NCBI GenBank assembly: GCA_965223665.1 | Contig: OZ245011.1 | Location: 4,032,001-4,096,000, forward strand | Direction of reading: 5' to 3' | From: Nitrospinaceae bacterium | GTDB taxonomy: Bacteria; Nitrospinota; Nitrospinia; Nitrospinales; Nitrospinaceae | DNA length: 64,000 nt | In this document: positions 39,626 to 50,207 of the stretch, piece after piece | Numbering within the stretch: the first letter of the stretch is position 1 | How the letters are laid out: every line of letters starts with the position of its first letter | The notes under the pieces: model-generated | Database searches by the model: none | The model's input: the letters and a program-made list of their open reading frames with translations, nothing else | What the model was told of the DNA's origin: nothing | Made by a program: the position numbers and the translations under genes

Positions 39626-41263
39626 TTGAAAATTGCGTTAGCCCAGATCAACCCAACAATTGGTGATTTTGATGGGAATAGTCAAAAAATATTTGAAAGA
39701 GTTCGACAAGCTGAGAGTTTAGGAGCTGATATTGTTGTGTTTTCTGAATTGGTTCTTTGTGGCTATCCACCAAAAGATCTATTGGACAAACCCGATTTTA
39801 TTGAAAAGAGTGAAAAGGCTTTGCAAGAATTGATTTCGAAAATACAAGGACCCGGGGTTGTGCTGGGGTGTTTGGAAACTATTCATAAAGTTTCCGGAAA
39901 GGGTTTAACAAATTCTGCAGTATTTTTCAAAAATGGAAAAGTTTTAATTAGGTCAGATAAGATTTTACTACCAACATATGATGTGTTTGATGAACTCCGT
40001 TATTTTGAACCTGGAGAAAAACCGGTTGTTTGTGATTTTTTTGGAAAAAAAATAGGTCTTACCGTTTGCGAAGATATTTGGTGTCTCCCAGGATTTAATA
40101 GTCAAATTCGCTATGCTCAAAATCCGGTTGAGGAATTAATTCATATGGGAGCAGAAGTGATTTTTAATATTTCGGCTTCTCCTTATGAAGTTTTACGATG
40201 GAAGACTCGGCATAGTTTAGCTCAAGCATTATCCACTAAATATAAAGTTCCAATTGTTTTGGTGAATCAAGTGGGTGGAAATGATGACTTGCTGTTTGAT
40301 GGGCATAGTTTTGTGGTTTCATCAGAAGGAAAAATAGTGGCGCAAGCACAGGGATTTGTTGAGGATTTGTTGATCTGCGATTTAGAGAATTTTTCCGGGA
40401 AAATTGAAGTTGCCCCTGAGTCGGAAGAAGAGGAAATTTTTAAAGCCTTAAGTATGGGCGTTAGAGATTATTTGAATAAATGTGGATACCAACGTGCAGT
40501 GATTGGTCTTTCCGGAGGAATCGATTCTGCTGTGGTGGCTGTAATTGCGGCTAAAGCTTTGGGGAAGGAGAATGTTGAGGGATTAAGCATGCCCTCTCAA
40601 TACACAGCTTCCCAAAGTATTCAGGATGCGAGACGACTTGCGGACAATCTTGGAATTAAATTCTCCGTGATTCCCATAAAGGAGTTGTTTGATGGTTATA
40701 AAAATTGCTTAAAACCAGTCTTTGGGGAAAGGCCCGAAGATGTGACAGAAGAAAATATTCAGGCCCGCATTCGTGGAAATTTACTAATGGCCGTATCAAA
40801 TAAATTGGGTAGTATGGTTTTGTCCACAGGTAATAAAAGTGAAATGTCCGTGGGTTATTGTACTTTGTATGGAGATATGGCTGGAGGTCTTTCAGTTATC
40901 TCAGATTTACCGAAAACTAAGGTTTATAAATTAGCTCAATGGATAAACAAAGAAGATGAAATTATTCCTAAAGCCATTCTTGAACGTCCACCCACTGCTG
41001 AGCTTCGGCCAAATCAAAAAGATCAAGACAGTCTTCCTCCCTATGAAATATTAGATTCTATCTTAGAGGGATATGTTGAAAACCACCTCAGCATGAATGA
41101 ACTTATGGAAAAGGGGTTTGATTCCAAGCTTTTAAAAGAAATTATTACTCGTGTAGATAATAATGAATATAAACGGCAACAGGCTGCGCCCGGATTAAAA
41201 ATTACAGGAAAAGCTTTTGGTTCGGGAAGGCGATTCCCTATCGCTAAGCGCTATAAACCCTAG
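39626..41263 (+). CDS. nadE: Glutamine-dependent NAD+ synthetase
   Basis: Nitrilase-like domain (FSEL, ICED-type VCEDIW) plus GLSGGIDS, ENIQAR, TGNKSE, PTAEL; AGGAG before TTG at 39626. Confidence 0.96.
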   Translation: MKIALAQINPTIGDFDGNSQKIFERVRQAESLGADIVVFSELVLCGYPPKDLLDKPDFIEKSEKALQELISKIQGPGVVLGCLETIHKVSGKGLTNSAVFFKNGKVLIRSDKILLPTYDVFDELRYFEPGEKPVVCDFFGKKIGLTVCEDIWCLPGFNSQIRYAQNPVEELIHMGAEVIFNISASPYEVLRWKTRHSLAQALSTKYKVPIVLVNQVGGNDDLLFDGHSFVVSSEGKIVAQAQGFVEDLLICDLENFSGKIEVAPESEEEEIFKALSMGVRDYLNKCGYQRAVIGLSGGIDSAVVAVIAAKALGKENVEGLSMPSQYTASQSIQDARRLADNLGIKFSVIPIKELFDGYKNCLKPVFGERPEDVTEENIQARIRGNLLMAVSNKLGSMVLSTGNKSEMSVGYCTLYGDMAGGLSVISDLPKTKVYKLAQWINKEDEIIPKAILERPPTAELRPNQKDQDSLPPYEILDSILEGYVENHLSMNELMEKGFDSKLLKEIITRVDNNEYKRQQAAPGLKITGKAFGSGRRFPIAKRYKP

Positions 41264-41276
41264 GAACTTCTTTTTC

Positions 41277-43058
41277 TTAGGATGCAATAAGGAAAAAATT
41301 TTGGAAGGATTTTGGCCTTATTGAATTTACCCTTTTTGCAGATAACTCTATTCCCTCACCAAAGTGGCCCGTGATTTTCTCCACAGGATTTATTGACCTT
41401 AAACTTTCGATTACCAATTCATAATAGGCAGGTTTTGGTTCAAGTCTCCTTGTGATTACCGAGTTAAAGCCATCGCTTACCAGTTTCATTCGACTGGAAA
41501 GTGGTAGATTTAAGGCCAATTGATTACCCTGAATTTGTATGAAAGGGGTTATGTTTTTATTAACAAGTTTTCCGTTTGAATAGTACTGAATGGTTACTTT
41601 TGAAATGGAATCAAGAGGATTCTTGAAAGTGATTACAGTTTTTTCTAAAACTTTTCTGCTTTGAAATGATAATTTGAACTTGTTAGACTCCCTGCCTAGC
41701 GAATATTTAAAATCTTTTTGAGAATTTAGATACCCTTTTTCAATTTGATTAAAAACTATTTTCATAGATTTTAAAAGTTTGTCGATTGCAAAATTAGCTT
41801 CTTTTGGTGAAAGAGCTTCGTAATTTGAGACAACAATATTGGGGTCACGATTTAATTCAATCTTTGTTTGTTTGGCAAATTTTTCTGCGTTTTTTAAAAA
41901 TAACTTTGCTTTTCCTGATTTAAAGAAATCATTTATTACTTTATCGCGTTCGACGATGAACCTGTGATTTTGATGTAGTGCTTGCTGTATTGGGGAGGGA
42001 ATGATATCAAATTTAGCTTCTTTGCCAATTTTATTGATCCATTCGTGATACCAACTCATGGGGTCCCATACGATGGGTTGGAATTTTTTATTCTCTGGAT
42101 CGAAATATAATAACCAATTGTGATTATCATCATAATGAAATGTTTGACTTAAAATTTCGAACGCGCTGAATTTTGCCCAATTTTCAAGGTTTAGAAGATG
42201 AATTAACTTTTGTTGGGACTTTTCGGTTTGTTCTCCCATAATTAAGGAACATAATTTGACGAGATAGTCTTTAGATTGGACTGCTAAATAAGGATCTTTT
42301 GAGACGTTCTTCCATACTTTTGGGTGATCAAAAACCGATGTGCTTATTCCTCCAAATTGATCTCCCTTTACTAACTCCCCTTTGAAAATGCTACCTGGGT
42401 TTAGCGAATTTCTTTGTATTGTTGATGGACTGATTTGTTCGGCTAATAGGTAAATACCTTGATGCTCTCCATTGAGAGTTAAATTGACTAAATTAGTTTC
42501 AGGAGTAATGATCCCCAAGGCCTCCGCCAATTTATAACCTAGAAAATTATTCAAATGATCTTTGGATTGAGGAACAATTAAGTTGAAAGTTCTTAATCCT
42601 AGGTATTTAAAATTTTTGTTTAATTTGATGCGCAAAGACTTTTTTTTGTGAGCCCAATGATTATGGTAATCTCCTCGATAACGGACTTTGGCTTTTAGTA
42701 AATTGCTTCCATTTTTTAGAACGCCAGGTACATAATGGAACCCAGAATGTGGTAAGTTGGAATTTAGTTGATCAAAATATTTAGGTTGAATAAATAATTG
42801 AACATTTTGGAAGATAGTTTTTTCTTTAAATGGGTTTGCAAATTTAGAATGCATTCCAAATAAAATATTTCGAACTTGAAGCTCAAATTCCATTTTTCCC
42901 ATTTTATGTAACGACGGGACATATGGCGATGTTATATATTGCAGACCAAAATCATTGAATCTTTTTCCAGTATTTGTAAGCCAGTGGCTTCCAATAAATA
43001 TAATAGGAAGGGTGAGAACCCAACTCCAAGCCCATAGTTTGTGAAATTTTCTTCTCAT
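41277..43058 (-). CDS. CotH-family kinase, membrane-anchored (copy 2)
   Basis: N-terminal TM; KVRYRGD..HW..KKSLRIK; HNWLLY; PIVWDP. Confidence 0.82.
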   Translation of the reverse strand: MRRKFHKLWAWSWVLTLPIIFIGSHWLTNTGKRFNDFGLQYITSPYVPSLHKMGKMEFELQVRNILFGMHSKFANPFKEKTIFQNVQLFIQPKYFDQLNSNLPHSGFHYVPGVLKNGSNLLKAKVRYRGDYHNHWAHKKKSLRIKLNKNFKYLGLRTFNLIVPQSKDHLNNFLGYKLAEALGIITPETNLVNLTLNGEHQGIYLLAEQISPSTIQRNSLNPGSIFKGELVKGDQFGGISTSVFDHPKVWKNVSKDPYLAVQSKDYLVKLCSLIMGEQTEKSQQKLIHLLNLENWAKFSAFEILSQTFHYDDNHNWLLYFDPENKKFQPIVWDPMSWYHEWINKIGKEAKFDIIPSPIQQALHQNHRFIVERDKVINDFFKSGKAKLFLKNAEKFAKQTKIELNRDPNIVVSNYEALSPKEANFAIDKLLKSMKIVFNQIEKGYLNSQKDFKYSLGRESNKFKLSFQSRKVLEKTVITFKNPLDSISKVTIQYYSNGKLVNKNITPFIQIQGNQLALNLPLSSRMKLVSDGFNSVITRRLEPKPAYYELVIESLRSINPVEKITGHFGEGIELSAKRVNSIRPKSFQNFFLIAS

Positions 43059-44194
43059 GCTAATGACTTCGAATGAGTGTTTAGAAGTTGTTCGAGTTCT
43101 TTTGCAGTTTGTCTGTTTCCCTGATTTTGCAATTCTCTAATCAGCTTTTTGCAAGCCATAGGAGACCTAATGATGTTAAGTAAGATTGAGGGGTAAACTG
43201 GACCTAGCTCAGCTTCAAAAATCAAATCGAATGAATTTTGAAACTTGATGTTCTTGGACTTAAAATTAATCCAGAATTTTGGATCGTTGCCTTTTATAAT
43301 TAATTGACCTTTTTGTTTGTGAATTTCCTTGGTTTCAACAGGAAAACTATTCAAGTCAATTATTTTATTCTCTGAATTATTTTTAAAAATTATCCTGCTT
43401 CTTTGAATTGAAAAACGGGTCCATTGTGTGGGCTCTATTCGAATCCTTTTATAAGTACCTTTGGGAAGTTGAACCTTGAAATTTATTTTGTAGTTCTGAG
43501 TTTTTTTGGGAAATAGCTGGGCTTTTTCATTGGTATTAAATCGGTCTCCAGTATCCCAGTAGACCTCCCAATAACGTTTATCCATTCCATTCCAAATTCT
43601 TTTCCAGTATTCATGTGAAATAAGAAAAGCTTTAGAAACTTGCCCATCATTAATTAGGGATTCCGCATAAAGAGAGAGGGTTTGAAAACTATTTGGGAAA
43701 TCTTGGTAAAGGTTTTGAAGTTTTGATAAAGAAAGTTTTTCATTTGTATTCAGCAGACTAAGAAGCTCTATCTTTTTTAAACGTGCCCAAAGATTATGTG
43801 AATCGAAATTTAGGTAGCTCTCTACCGTATTGAGAGCTTTCTTGTATTGTAGGTTTTTTTCTTGCGCAAAAATCAGATTTTGAAAAGTATCGCTTTTTAT
43901 TCGACTTAGTCGATCAAATTTTTTGACCGACTCAAATTCGTCTAAAAGCATCTCTAATTTAGCTGCAGCCTCAGGGTAATTGTTATTTTTTAATTCTGTG
44001 AAGGCCGTACTAAGACTTAATCGATATTGAAATTGATAAAGACCCATAAGGCCTTTACCAAGGGTATCAATAAGACTTGGAAAAGCAGCCCATGTGATAG
44101 CTAAAGCTAAATGCCAGGCAGCAAGCAAAGCTAAGGTGAGCAAAATGTGGTGGTTTAACTTATGATATTTCATGCCTTTTGTAGACAAAGACAA
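43055..44194 (-). CDS. Membrane-anchored TPR-like protein with one CBM-like beta domain (copy 2)
   Basis: N-terminal TM, helical repeats, YWDTG..F..RIRIEP; ATGA overlap with the CotH gene. Confidence 0.7.
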   Translation of the reverse strand: MSLSTKGMKYHKLNHHILLTLALLAAWHLALAITWAAFPSLIDTLGKGLMGLYQFQYRLSLSTAFTELKNNNYPEAAAKLEMLLDEFESVKKFDRLSRIKSDTFQNLIFAQEKNLQYKKALNTVESYLNFDSHNLWARLKKIELLSLLNTNEKLSLSKLQNLYQDFPNSFQTLSLYAESLINDGQVSKAFLISHEYWKRIWNGMDKRYWEVYWDTGDRFNTNEKAQLFPKKTQNYKINFKVQLPKGTYKRIRIEPTQWTRFSIQRSRIIFKNNSENKIIDLNSFPVETKEIHKQKGQLIIKGNDPKFWINFKSKNIKFQNSFDLIFEAELGPVYPSILLNIIRSPMACKKLIRELQNQGNRQTAKELEQLLNTHSKSLA

Positions 44195-44308
44195 AAGTTT
44201 GAAATTTAATTAGTATTTTCAGAATAAAAATTACTTCAATTCTTTACTTTGCTTATCGGTATGTTTCTTGGGGGAGTTGAATATTATGGAAATCAGCTAA
44301 ATTAAAAA

Positions 44309-46048
44309 CTAAGAAGGAATTATTTGAAAGAAATCTTGGAAGCTATGTGGAGAGATATACTCACTTTTTTTTGCTGATATAAAATCTCCGATTCCAAAGT
44401 AGCCACTTATTTCTTGTAGTTGATTTCCTTTCGGAAGATTTTCAAGAGTTAATTGATAAAATGCCGGTTCCGATTTTAATCTCCTGGAAATAAGAGGATG
44501 ATGTCCTTTAGTAATTAATTTAAATCTACTGGAAAGAGAAAGGTTTAACTCAAGTTGGTTTTTTTGTGATTTCATAAAATTTGAAATATCTTTATAAAGC
44601 ATTTTTCCATTTTTAACAAAACCAATTCTTCCTTTTACCTTATTTGGAAGATTGTGGGTAAATGTTAGCTTCAGTTTTTCTAAAGCTTTTCTTCCCTGAA
44701 ATTGAATTTGAATAGTCTTTTCTTTAGGGAGATATTTATATTGAATAGGTTTTTTTAAGGTCAAAAATCCTTCTTGAACCTCCTTGAATGTTTGTTCAAT
44801 AGTTAAGAGGAATTTATTTATGGCCCGCCGAACTTCCTCAGGACTGAGAGATTGATAATCGACCACAATTAAATTAGGGTCTTTTTCTACTTCTATTTTG
44901 AGTTGTTTTGCTATTTCTTTTGCTTTTTGAAGAAAAACCTTATCCTTGCCCATTTCAAAGAATTCTTTAATTACTTTTTCGCGTGCCCGAATAAAATTTA
45001 AATTCTGGTGGAGTACTTGGTGTATCGGACTTGAAATTATATCTAACTGTGTTCCGACGGTATCATTTATCCAATAGGGATTCCATCCAACAGGATCCCA
45101 AACAATTGGTTCAAATTTGTTGGTTTTGGGATCTAAGTATAAGCGCCAATTATGAGCTTGATCGTAATGAAATGTTTGGCTTAATGTTTCAAAGGCGCTG
45201 AATCGAGCCCAAGATTCTAAGTTAATGAGTTCTAATAATTGTTTTTGTGTTTTTGCGGTTTGTTCCGCCATTACTAATTTGCACAAGTTAAATAAAGGAT
45301 ATTTTAGACTTGAAAACTCCTTTGTGTTTTGATTCTTAATTTTCCAAATTTGGGGATGGTCAAATAAGTTTCTATTTATCCCAGAATGTCGATCATTTTT
45401 TACCAATTCACCTGAAAAAAGGGTTCCAGAACTTTTAGCATGTCTTTTTAAAGTTTGATTTCCTAATTGTTCTACTAAAAGATGAATTCCTTTATTCTTT
45501 CCATTGAGGTTTAGATTGATGAATTCGAAGTGAGGAGTAATTAATCCCATTGTTTTTGCTAGTTGATATCCCAAAAAATTACTAAGATGATCTGAGCTTT
45601 TAGGTATGATTAAATTAAAACTTTTGAGATTTTGGAAAGTTAAATTCTTTTTAATTTTAATTCTTAGGGATTTTTTTTTGTAAGCCCAATGGTAGTGAAA
45701 ATCGCCTCGATAACGGGTTTTTACTTTTAAGGCATTTTTGCTATCAATCAAAAAACCGTTTACATAATCAAATCCTGATTGAGGAAGTTTTTTGTTAAGT
45801 TGTTTAAGATTGTTATGTGGAATAATGAGATTTATTGTTTGAAAATGTTTTTTATTTTTATTGGCTAGTACCCAGGGAGAAAGAAAATTGAGTTGAAGAG
45901 ACCGTAATTGATGTTTAAACTCCATTTCTCCAATTTGACGGAGAGATGCGGGAAAGGGAGAAGTATTAAAGGTAATTCCAAAATCATAAAATCTTTTTCC
46001 TGTATGCCATGCCCAATTGATTCCAAACAAAATAATTGGAACCATCAA
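44309..46048 (-). CDS. CotH-family kinase, membrane-anchored (copy 1); homology extends upstream to an in-frame ATA at 46090
   Basis: KTRYRGD..HW..KKSLRIK, HNWRLY, PIVWDP; colinear with 41277-43058. Confidence 0.82.
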   Translation of the reverse strand: MMVPIILFGINWAWHTGKRFYDFGITFNTSPFPASLRQIGEMEFKHQLRSLQLNFLSPWVLANKNKKHFQTINLIIPHNNLKQLNKKLPQSGFDYVNGFLIDSKNALKVKTRYRGDFHYHWAYKKKSLRIKIKKNLTFQNLKSFNLIIPKSSDHLSNFLGYQLAKTMGLITPHFEFINLNLNGKNKGIHLLVEQLGNQTLKRHAKSSGTLFSGELVKNDRHSGINRNLFDHPQIWKIKNQNTKEFSSLKYPLFNLCKLVMAEQTAKTQKQLLELINLESWARFSAFETLSQTFHYDQAHNWRLYLDPKTNKFEPIVWDPVGWNPYWINDTVGTQLDIISSPIHQVLHQNLNFIRAREKVIKEFFEMGKDKVFLQKAKEIAKQLKIEVEKDPNLIVVDYQSLSPEEVRRAINKFLLTIEQTFKEVQEGFLTLKKPIQYKYLPKEKTIQIQFQGRKALEKLKLTFTHNLPNKVKGRIGFVKNGKMLYKDISNFMKSQKNQLELNLSLSSRFKLITKGHHPLISRRLKSEPAFYQLTLENLPKGNQLQEISGYFGIGDFISAKKSEYISPHSFQDFFQIIPS

Positions 46049-46086
46049 TACCCAACCCCATCTTAGAAAGATTTTTAAAAATTTTT

Positions 46087-47625
46087 TTATGATAATTGCC
46101 CCTTTAAATGAACTAAAGTAATATCGTCAACTGATTTGGGAAGTCTAAAGTTAAAGAATGGATCATCCCCTACGGATTTGAAAATATTTTCTTGGCGAGT
46201 CATATTATGTGTAGTAATTTCGAGTGAAACTGGATCTAATATGGTTGAATTAGAATGCGTCTTAATTTCTATGGTATTGAGTTTGTATTCCTTTGGAAAA
46301 ACATGAGGAAAATCTATTCTTAGATGACTAATTTTAGTTTTAATTGGAAAAGTTACTTCAAAATGATTTCCCTTTGAGAAAATTGTTTGTTGAATCTTTG
46401 AATTTTGTTCCTTAAAAGAAGTGTTTCCGTTTTTCCAAAATAATTGAATAATAAATGGCTGTCGATTATTGGCTTTATCAGTAATCTTGATAATTCCATT
46501 CCGAAAAATTTTTGTGGAACTCCAAACGTTTTTTAGTTTAGTTGCTTTTTCTGCCTTAAGTTTATTTAAAAGATTTTTAAAGTCTTTTTGATTATCCAAC
46601 ATTAACTCAATTGAGTTTGGATATATAGGGGAGGATTTCCCTTCTATAATTACTTCAAAAGCTTCTTTGAAAATTGTGGGCTGAGGATTTAAAGGAAACC
46701 ATAATTGAGGGTCTTGTTTATTGGGGATCAACCCAAAATTAGAGTCCTGGATATTCCAAAAATTATGTGGAATTATACTTTCATCATAAAAATACGATTG
46801 ATTTTTATTTTTCAATGTTACTTTTAGATCAGATACCAGTATCCGAGACCAGTCAACCGGGTCTATGCGAATTTTTTGATAGTGTCCTTTGGGAAGTTTT
46901 GCAATGATTTGAAATCGATTATTGTCTAATTTTTTTGGAAATACTCCGGCCATTTGCCCAGAATTGAAATTTTTTCCTGTGTCCCAGTAAATTTGCCAAT
47001 ATCGTTTGTCCATTCCCTCCCAAGCTCGCTCCCAATATTGGTAAGATTCTTTAAAAGCTTGAGTTAGTTTTCCTTCAGCGATGAGTAGTTCAACATAAAC
47101 GTTCAATGCTTCGAAACTGTTTGGATATTTTTTAAATAAATCTCTGGCAAGCGATTTAATTTTCCAGGTAGGAGAATTTTCTTTTTTAAGGAAGTTGATT
47201 TTTTTTATTTTTGGCCACAAATTATTTGGGTCAAAAAGTTGAAACTTGTCTGTCCAATCCAAAGCTTCCTTAAGTTTATTTTGATTATTCAAATTAAAAA
47301 TTAATTCCTTGAGTGCATTTACTTTAATGTTTTCTAATCTATCAAAGGGTTTTACATCTTCAAGGTGGTTTAGGAGTTCTTTTAATTGGTCGTTTGCTAT
47401 TTTTCCAGAGCCATTTTTTATATTGTTAATTGCTGTATCTAGTTCAGATTTATATTTTAATTGAGAGATTTTTATTAACCCTTTTCCAACCTTGTCTATA
47501 AAATGAGGAAAATTTATCCAAACAATTAATAGACCAATAAACAGAGTAGATAATGTTGAAATTGCAAAAAATCCATACTTTTTCAAACGATAAATTAAAA
47601 GTTTGTTTGAAGGTTCTCTTAACAT
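46087..47625 (-). CDS. Membrane-anchored TPR-like protein with two CBM-like repeats (copy 1)
   Basis: Paralog of 43055-44194 (GMDKRYW..YWDTG); repeats YWDTG..KIRIDP and LFWK..HLRIDFP. Confidence 0.72.
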   Translation of the reverse strand: MLREPSNKLLIYRLKKYGFFAISTLSTLFIGLLIVWINFPHFIDKVGKGLIKISQLKYKSELDTAINNIKNGSGKIANDQLKELLNHLEDVKPFDRLENIKVNALKELIFNLNNQNKLKEALDWTDKFQLFDPNNLWPKIKKINFLKKENSPTWKIKSLARDLFKKYPNSFEALNVYVELLIAEGKLTQAFKESYQYWERAWEGMDKRYWQIYWDTGKNFNSGQMAGVFPKKLDNNRFQIIAKLPKGHYQKIRIDPVDWSRILVSDLKVTLKNKNQSYFYDESIIPHNFWNIQDSNFGLIPNKQDPQLWFPLNPQPTIFKEAFEVIIEGKSSPIYPNSIELMLDNQKDFKNLLNKLKAEKATKLKNVWSSTKIFRNGIIKITDKANNRQPFIIQLFWKNGNTSFKEQNSKIQQTIFSKGNHFEVTFPIKTKISHLRIDFPHVFPKEYKLNTIEIKTHSNSTILDPVSLEITTHNMTRQENIFKSVGDDPFFNFRLPKSVDDITLVHLKGQLS

Positions 47626-47678
47626 AAAGTCGGAAATAAAATTTATAGTTTATGAATTAAAGAAGCCTAAATTGATTT

Positions 47679-48365
47679 TTATACTTCAAAAAATGATTCT
47701 GCTTTTTGGTAATCAATAGGAGTACCGATATCTAAAAAGGATTTTTCACTTTTAAATGGACATGGATTGAGCTTGCTTAAATACGGTTCCAGAAAATCCT
47801 TTTCCAGAGAAAATTTCTTCGGGAGTGAAAATAGTTCAAAAATTGTTGGAGATACTATATAGGCACCAGAATTAATCCATCCGGGTCCCGAATTTCCTTT
47901 TTCACAAAAAGTAATGATTTTGTCATTCCTTAATTCAACTGCCCCATACCTTGAAGTATCTTTTACTTGACACAACGCTATAGTCAATAAGGAGTTTTTG
48001 CTAATATGTTTTTTGAACATTTGATCAAAATCAATGGGACAAAATGTGTCTCCGTTTAATACGAAAGTAGGGACGGGTTTTGCAAAGGTTAAAGACTGTT
48101 TGATGGCTCCTCCTGTGCCTAATGGTTCCGATTCTACAGAGTAGGTAATTTTAAAAGGACCAAAAGTTGTTCCAAAATAATCCTTAATATATTGCGCCTT
48201 ATATCCAACAGAAAGAATGATTTCATTGAATGAAAAAGATTTTAAATGATTTAGTAAATAATATAAGAAGGGTTTCCCCCTAACTGGAGCCATGGGCTTA
48301 GGGATATCAGAAATTAGAGATTGGAGCCGAGTTCCTCTTCCTCCGGCGAGAATAATAGCCTGCAT
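47679..48365 (-). CDS. hddC: D-glycero-alpha-D-manno-heptose 1-phosphate guanylyltransferase-like nucleotidyltransferase
   Basis: ILAGGRGTRL, PKPMAP, EPLGTGGA, NGDT, DIGTP; adjacent to hddA. Confidence 0.82.
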   Translation of the reverse strand: MQAIILAGGRGTRLQSLISDIPKPMAPVRGKPFLYYLLNHLKSFSFNEIILSVGYKAQYIKDYFGTTFGPFKITYSVESEPLGTGGAIKQSLTFAKPVPTFVLNGDTFCPIDFDQMFKKHISKNSLLTIALCQVKDTSRYGAVELRNDKIITFCEKGNSGPGWINSGAYIVSPTIFELFSLPKKFSLEKDFLEPYLSKLNPCPFKSEKSFLDIGTPIDYQKAESFFEV

Positions 48366-48398
48366 GATTCTGTGTGATGTGTTGAGATTATAAAAAAA

Positions 48399-49433
48399 TT
48401 ATTCAACTCGCCAGCTTTGAGCTCCAATTTTTGTGAAGTGACAATCCATGACTTGTCCGTCTCCATTAAATTGTTTGAGAGTTTTTATAACTTCTAACTT
48501 GCGGCAAGGGTCAACTATGAACATCATAAATCCTCCTCCACCAGCACCTGAAACCTTTCCAGAACAAGCACCGGCTTTTAGAGCAGCATTATAAATTTCA
48601 TCTATTTTTGAATTTGAAATATTTTTCGCTGTCCCTTTCTTAGCTTCCCAGGATTTACCCATGTAGTGCGAAAATTTTTTGATCTCCCCCTTCAGGATAC
48701 TTTCTTTCATTCTAAGAGCATCTTCTTTTAGATGCTTCATTGAGGAGATGGAGTCTTCATTGCTTTCCTTAACATTTTTTTCCTGTTCATCAATGATGGC
48801 GGCGGATTCTCGAGAAACACCTGTGTAGTATAAAATGAGAGAAGCTTCCAGTTCCGATAAAATCCAACTTTTTATTCTCAAAGGATTCACGATTACTCTA
48901 TCATCAGAGTAGAATTCCATAAAGTTGAACCCCCCAAAAGCCGCGGCATATTGATCTTGTTTTCCACCGTTCCAACCTAAATCTTTTCGTTCGATTTCAT
49001 ATGCTAAATGTGCAAGCTCGTATTCTCCTAATGGAATATTGAGGTATTCACAAAAGGCCTGGAGTAGGGCTACTACAACAGTGGAAGAAGATCCTAGCCC
49101 GGAGCCTGAAGGTGCGTCGGAAAAAGTTTTTATAGTTAATGGTAATGGCTGACCATTGTTAAATTGCTTTATAATCCGATTGTACACACTTTTATGCAAA
49201 CTTAAAAAACCATTTCCTCCTAATTGATCCGTGAGATTGGTTTCAAAAGATTCATCGCGGTCTAAGGCCTTGAGGTAGATTTTATTGTTTGGGTTGGTTT
49301 CTATTGTAGCGAAAGCATACATGTCTATGGTGGCATTCAGGATGTAACCACCAAATAAGTCACAAAAAGGAGAAACATCAGTTCCCCCTCCTCCTAGCCC
49401 TAATCTGAGTGGAGCTCTAGAACGAACAATCAT
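48399..49433 (-). CDS. hddA: D-glycero-alpha-D-manno-heptose 7-phosphate kinase (GHMP)
   Basis: [40 protein letters not shown]. Confidence 0.92.
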   Translation of the reverse strand: MIVRSRAPLRLGLGGGGTDVSPFCDLFGGYILNATIDMYAFATIETNPNNKIYLKALDRDESFETNLTDQLGGNGFLSLHKSVYNRIIKQFNNGQPLPLTIKTFSDAPSGSGLGSSSTVVVALLQAFCEYLNIPLGEYELAHLAYEIERKDLGWNGGKQDQYAAAFGGFNFMEFYSDDRVIVNPLRIKSWILSELEASLILYYTGVSRESAAIIDEQEKNVKESNEDSISSMKHLKEDALRMKESILKGEIKKFSHYMGKSWEAKKGTAKNISNSKIDEIYNAALKAGACSGKVSGAGGGGFMMFIVDPCRKLEVIKTLKQFNGDGQVMDCHFTKIGAQSWRVE

Positions 49434-49439
49434 AATTAA

Positions 49440-50177
49440 TTAATTTAATTCAGAATCGTTATTAAATGGAGGGTTTTTGATGTTTCCCTTTTTTAAATTG
49501 TCCAAATCATCGCGGTATTGGTTTAAATGAATTCTTATTTCATGGGTTGTCTCATTGGTTAGCGGGATTTTCCCACCATTTTTTATTTCGCTACTGAATC
49601 TTTTTCTTAAAACCACCTCAATTCCACATTCTCCAACAGGAGTTAAAGTTTGGTCAAATCTTGGAAGGTTGTAACGAAATGTAGAGTCTAAAAACTCAAT
49701 TTTGATTATTTCAGTTTGATCAGAGAATTTTGTTATTAGACCAAATAGATTTATTGATTTTGGGCTCCAGGAATTTTTTTTGTGGATCGTAAACGTCCAT
49801 TTGTGATCTTTGTTGTATGTGCTTGGAAAAACTCCTTGCTCATACAGGTCTTCATCCGGGACAGTGAAAATAATGTGCCCGCCTGGTTTAATGACTCGGA
49901 TCCAATTTTGTAAGGCAATTTGGGGATCTTCCAAGTGCTCCAAGCAATGACTGCTATGTAAAAAATCAAATTGCCCTTCTTCTAAGTTAGATAAGAATTG
50001 ACCATCTCCATCTTCTTTATCCCAAGTTTTAATGCTAATTACTTTTGAAAATAATTCAGAATACAGGTTTAATGGATCCGGTTTTCCGCCAATATCGATT
50101 CCATTTCCCACAAAGTACTTATTAATAAAATTAGGATTAGATAATCTTCGGTATATAGATTTACTACATTCTTTCAT
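49440..50177 (-). CDS. Class I SAM-dependent methyltransferase
   Basis: GIDIGG, FDFLHSSHCLEH, RVIKPGG. Confidence 0.88.
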   Translation of the reverse strand: MKECSKSIYRRLSNPNFINKYFVGNGIDIGGKPDPLNLYSELFSKVISIKTWDKEDGDGQFLSNLEEGQFDFLHSSHCLEHLEDPQIALQNWIRVIKPGGHIIFTVPDEDLYEQGVFPSTYNKDHKWTFTIHKKNSWSPKSINLFGLITKFSDQTEIIKIEFLDSTFRYNLPRFDQTLTPVGECGIEVVLRKRFSSEIKNGGKIPLTNETTHEIRIHLNQYRDDLDNLKKGNIKNPPFNNDSELN

Positions 50178-50207
50178 AATTATGAATTTGAAGTTTTTGG
50201 TTTGTTT

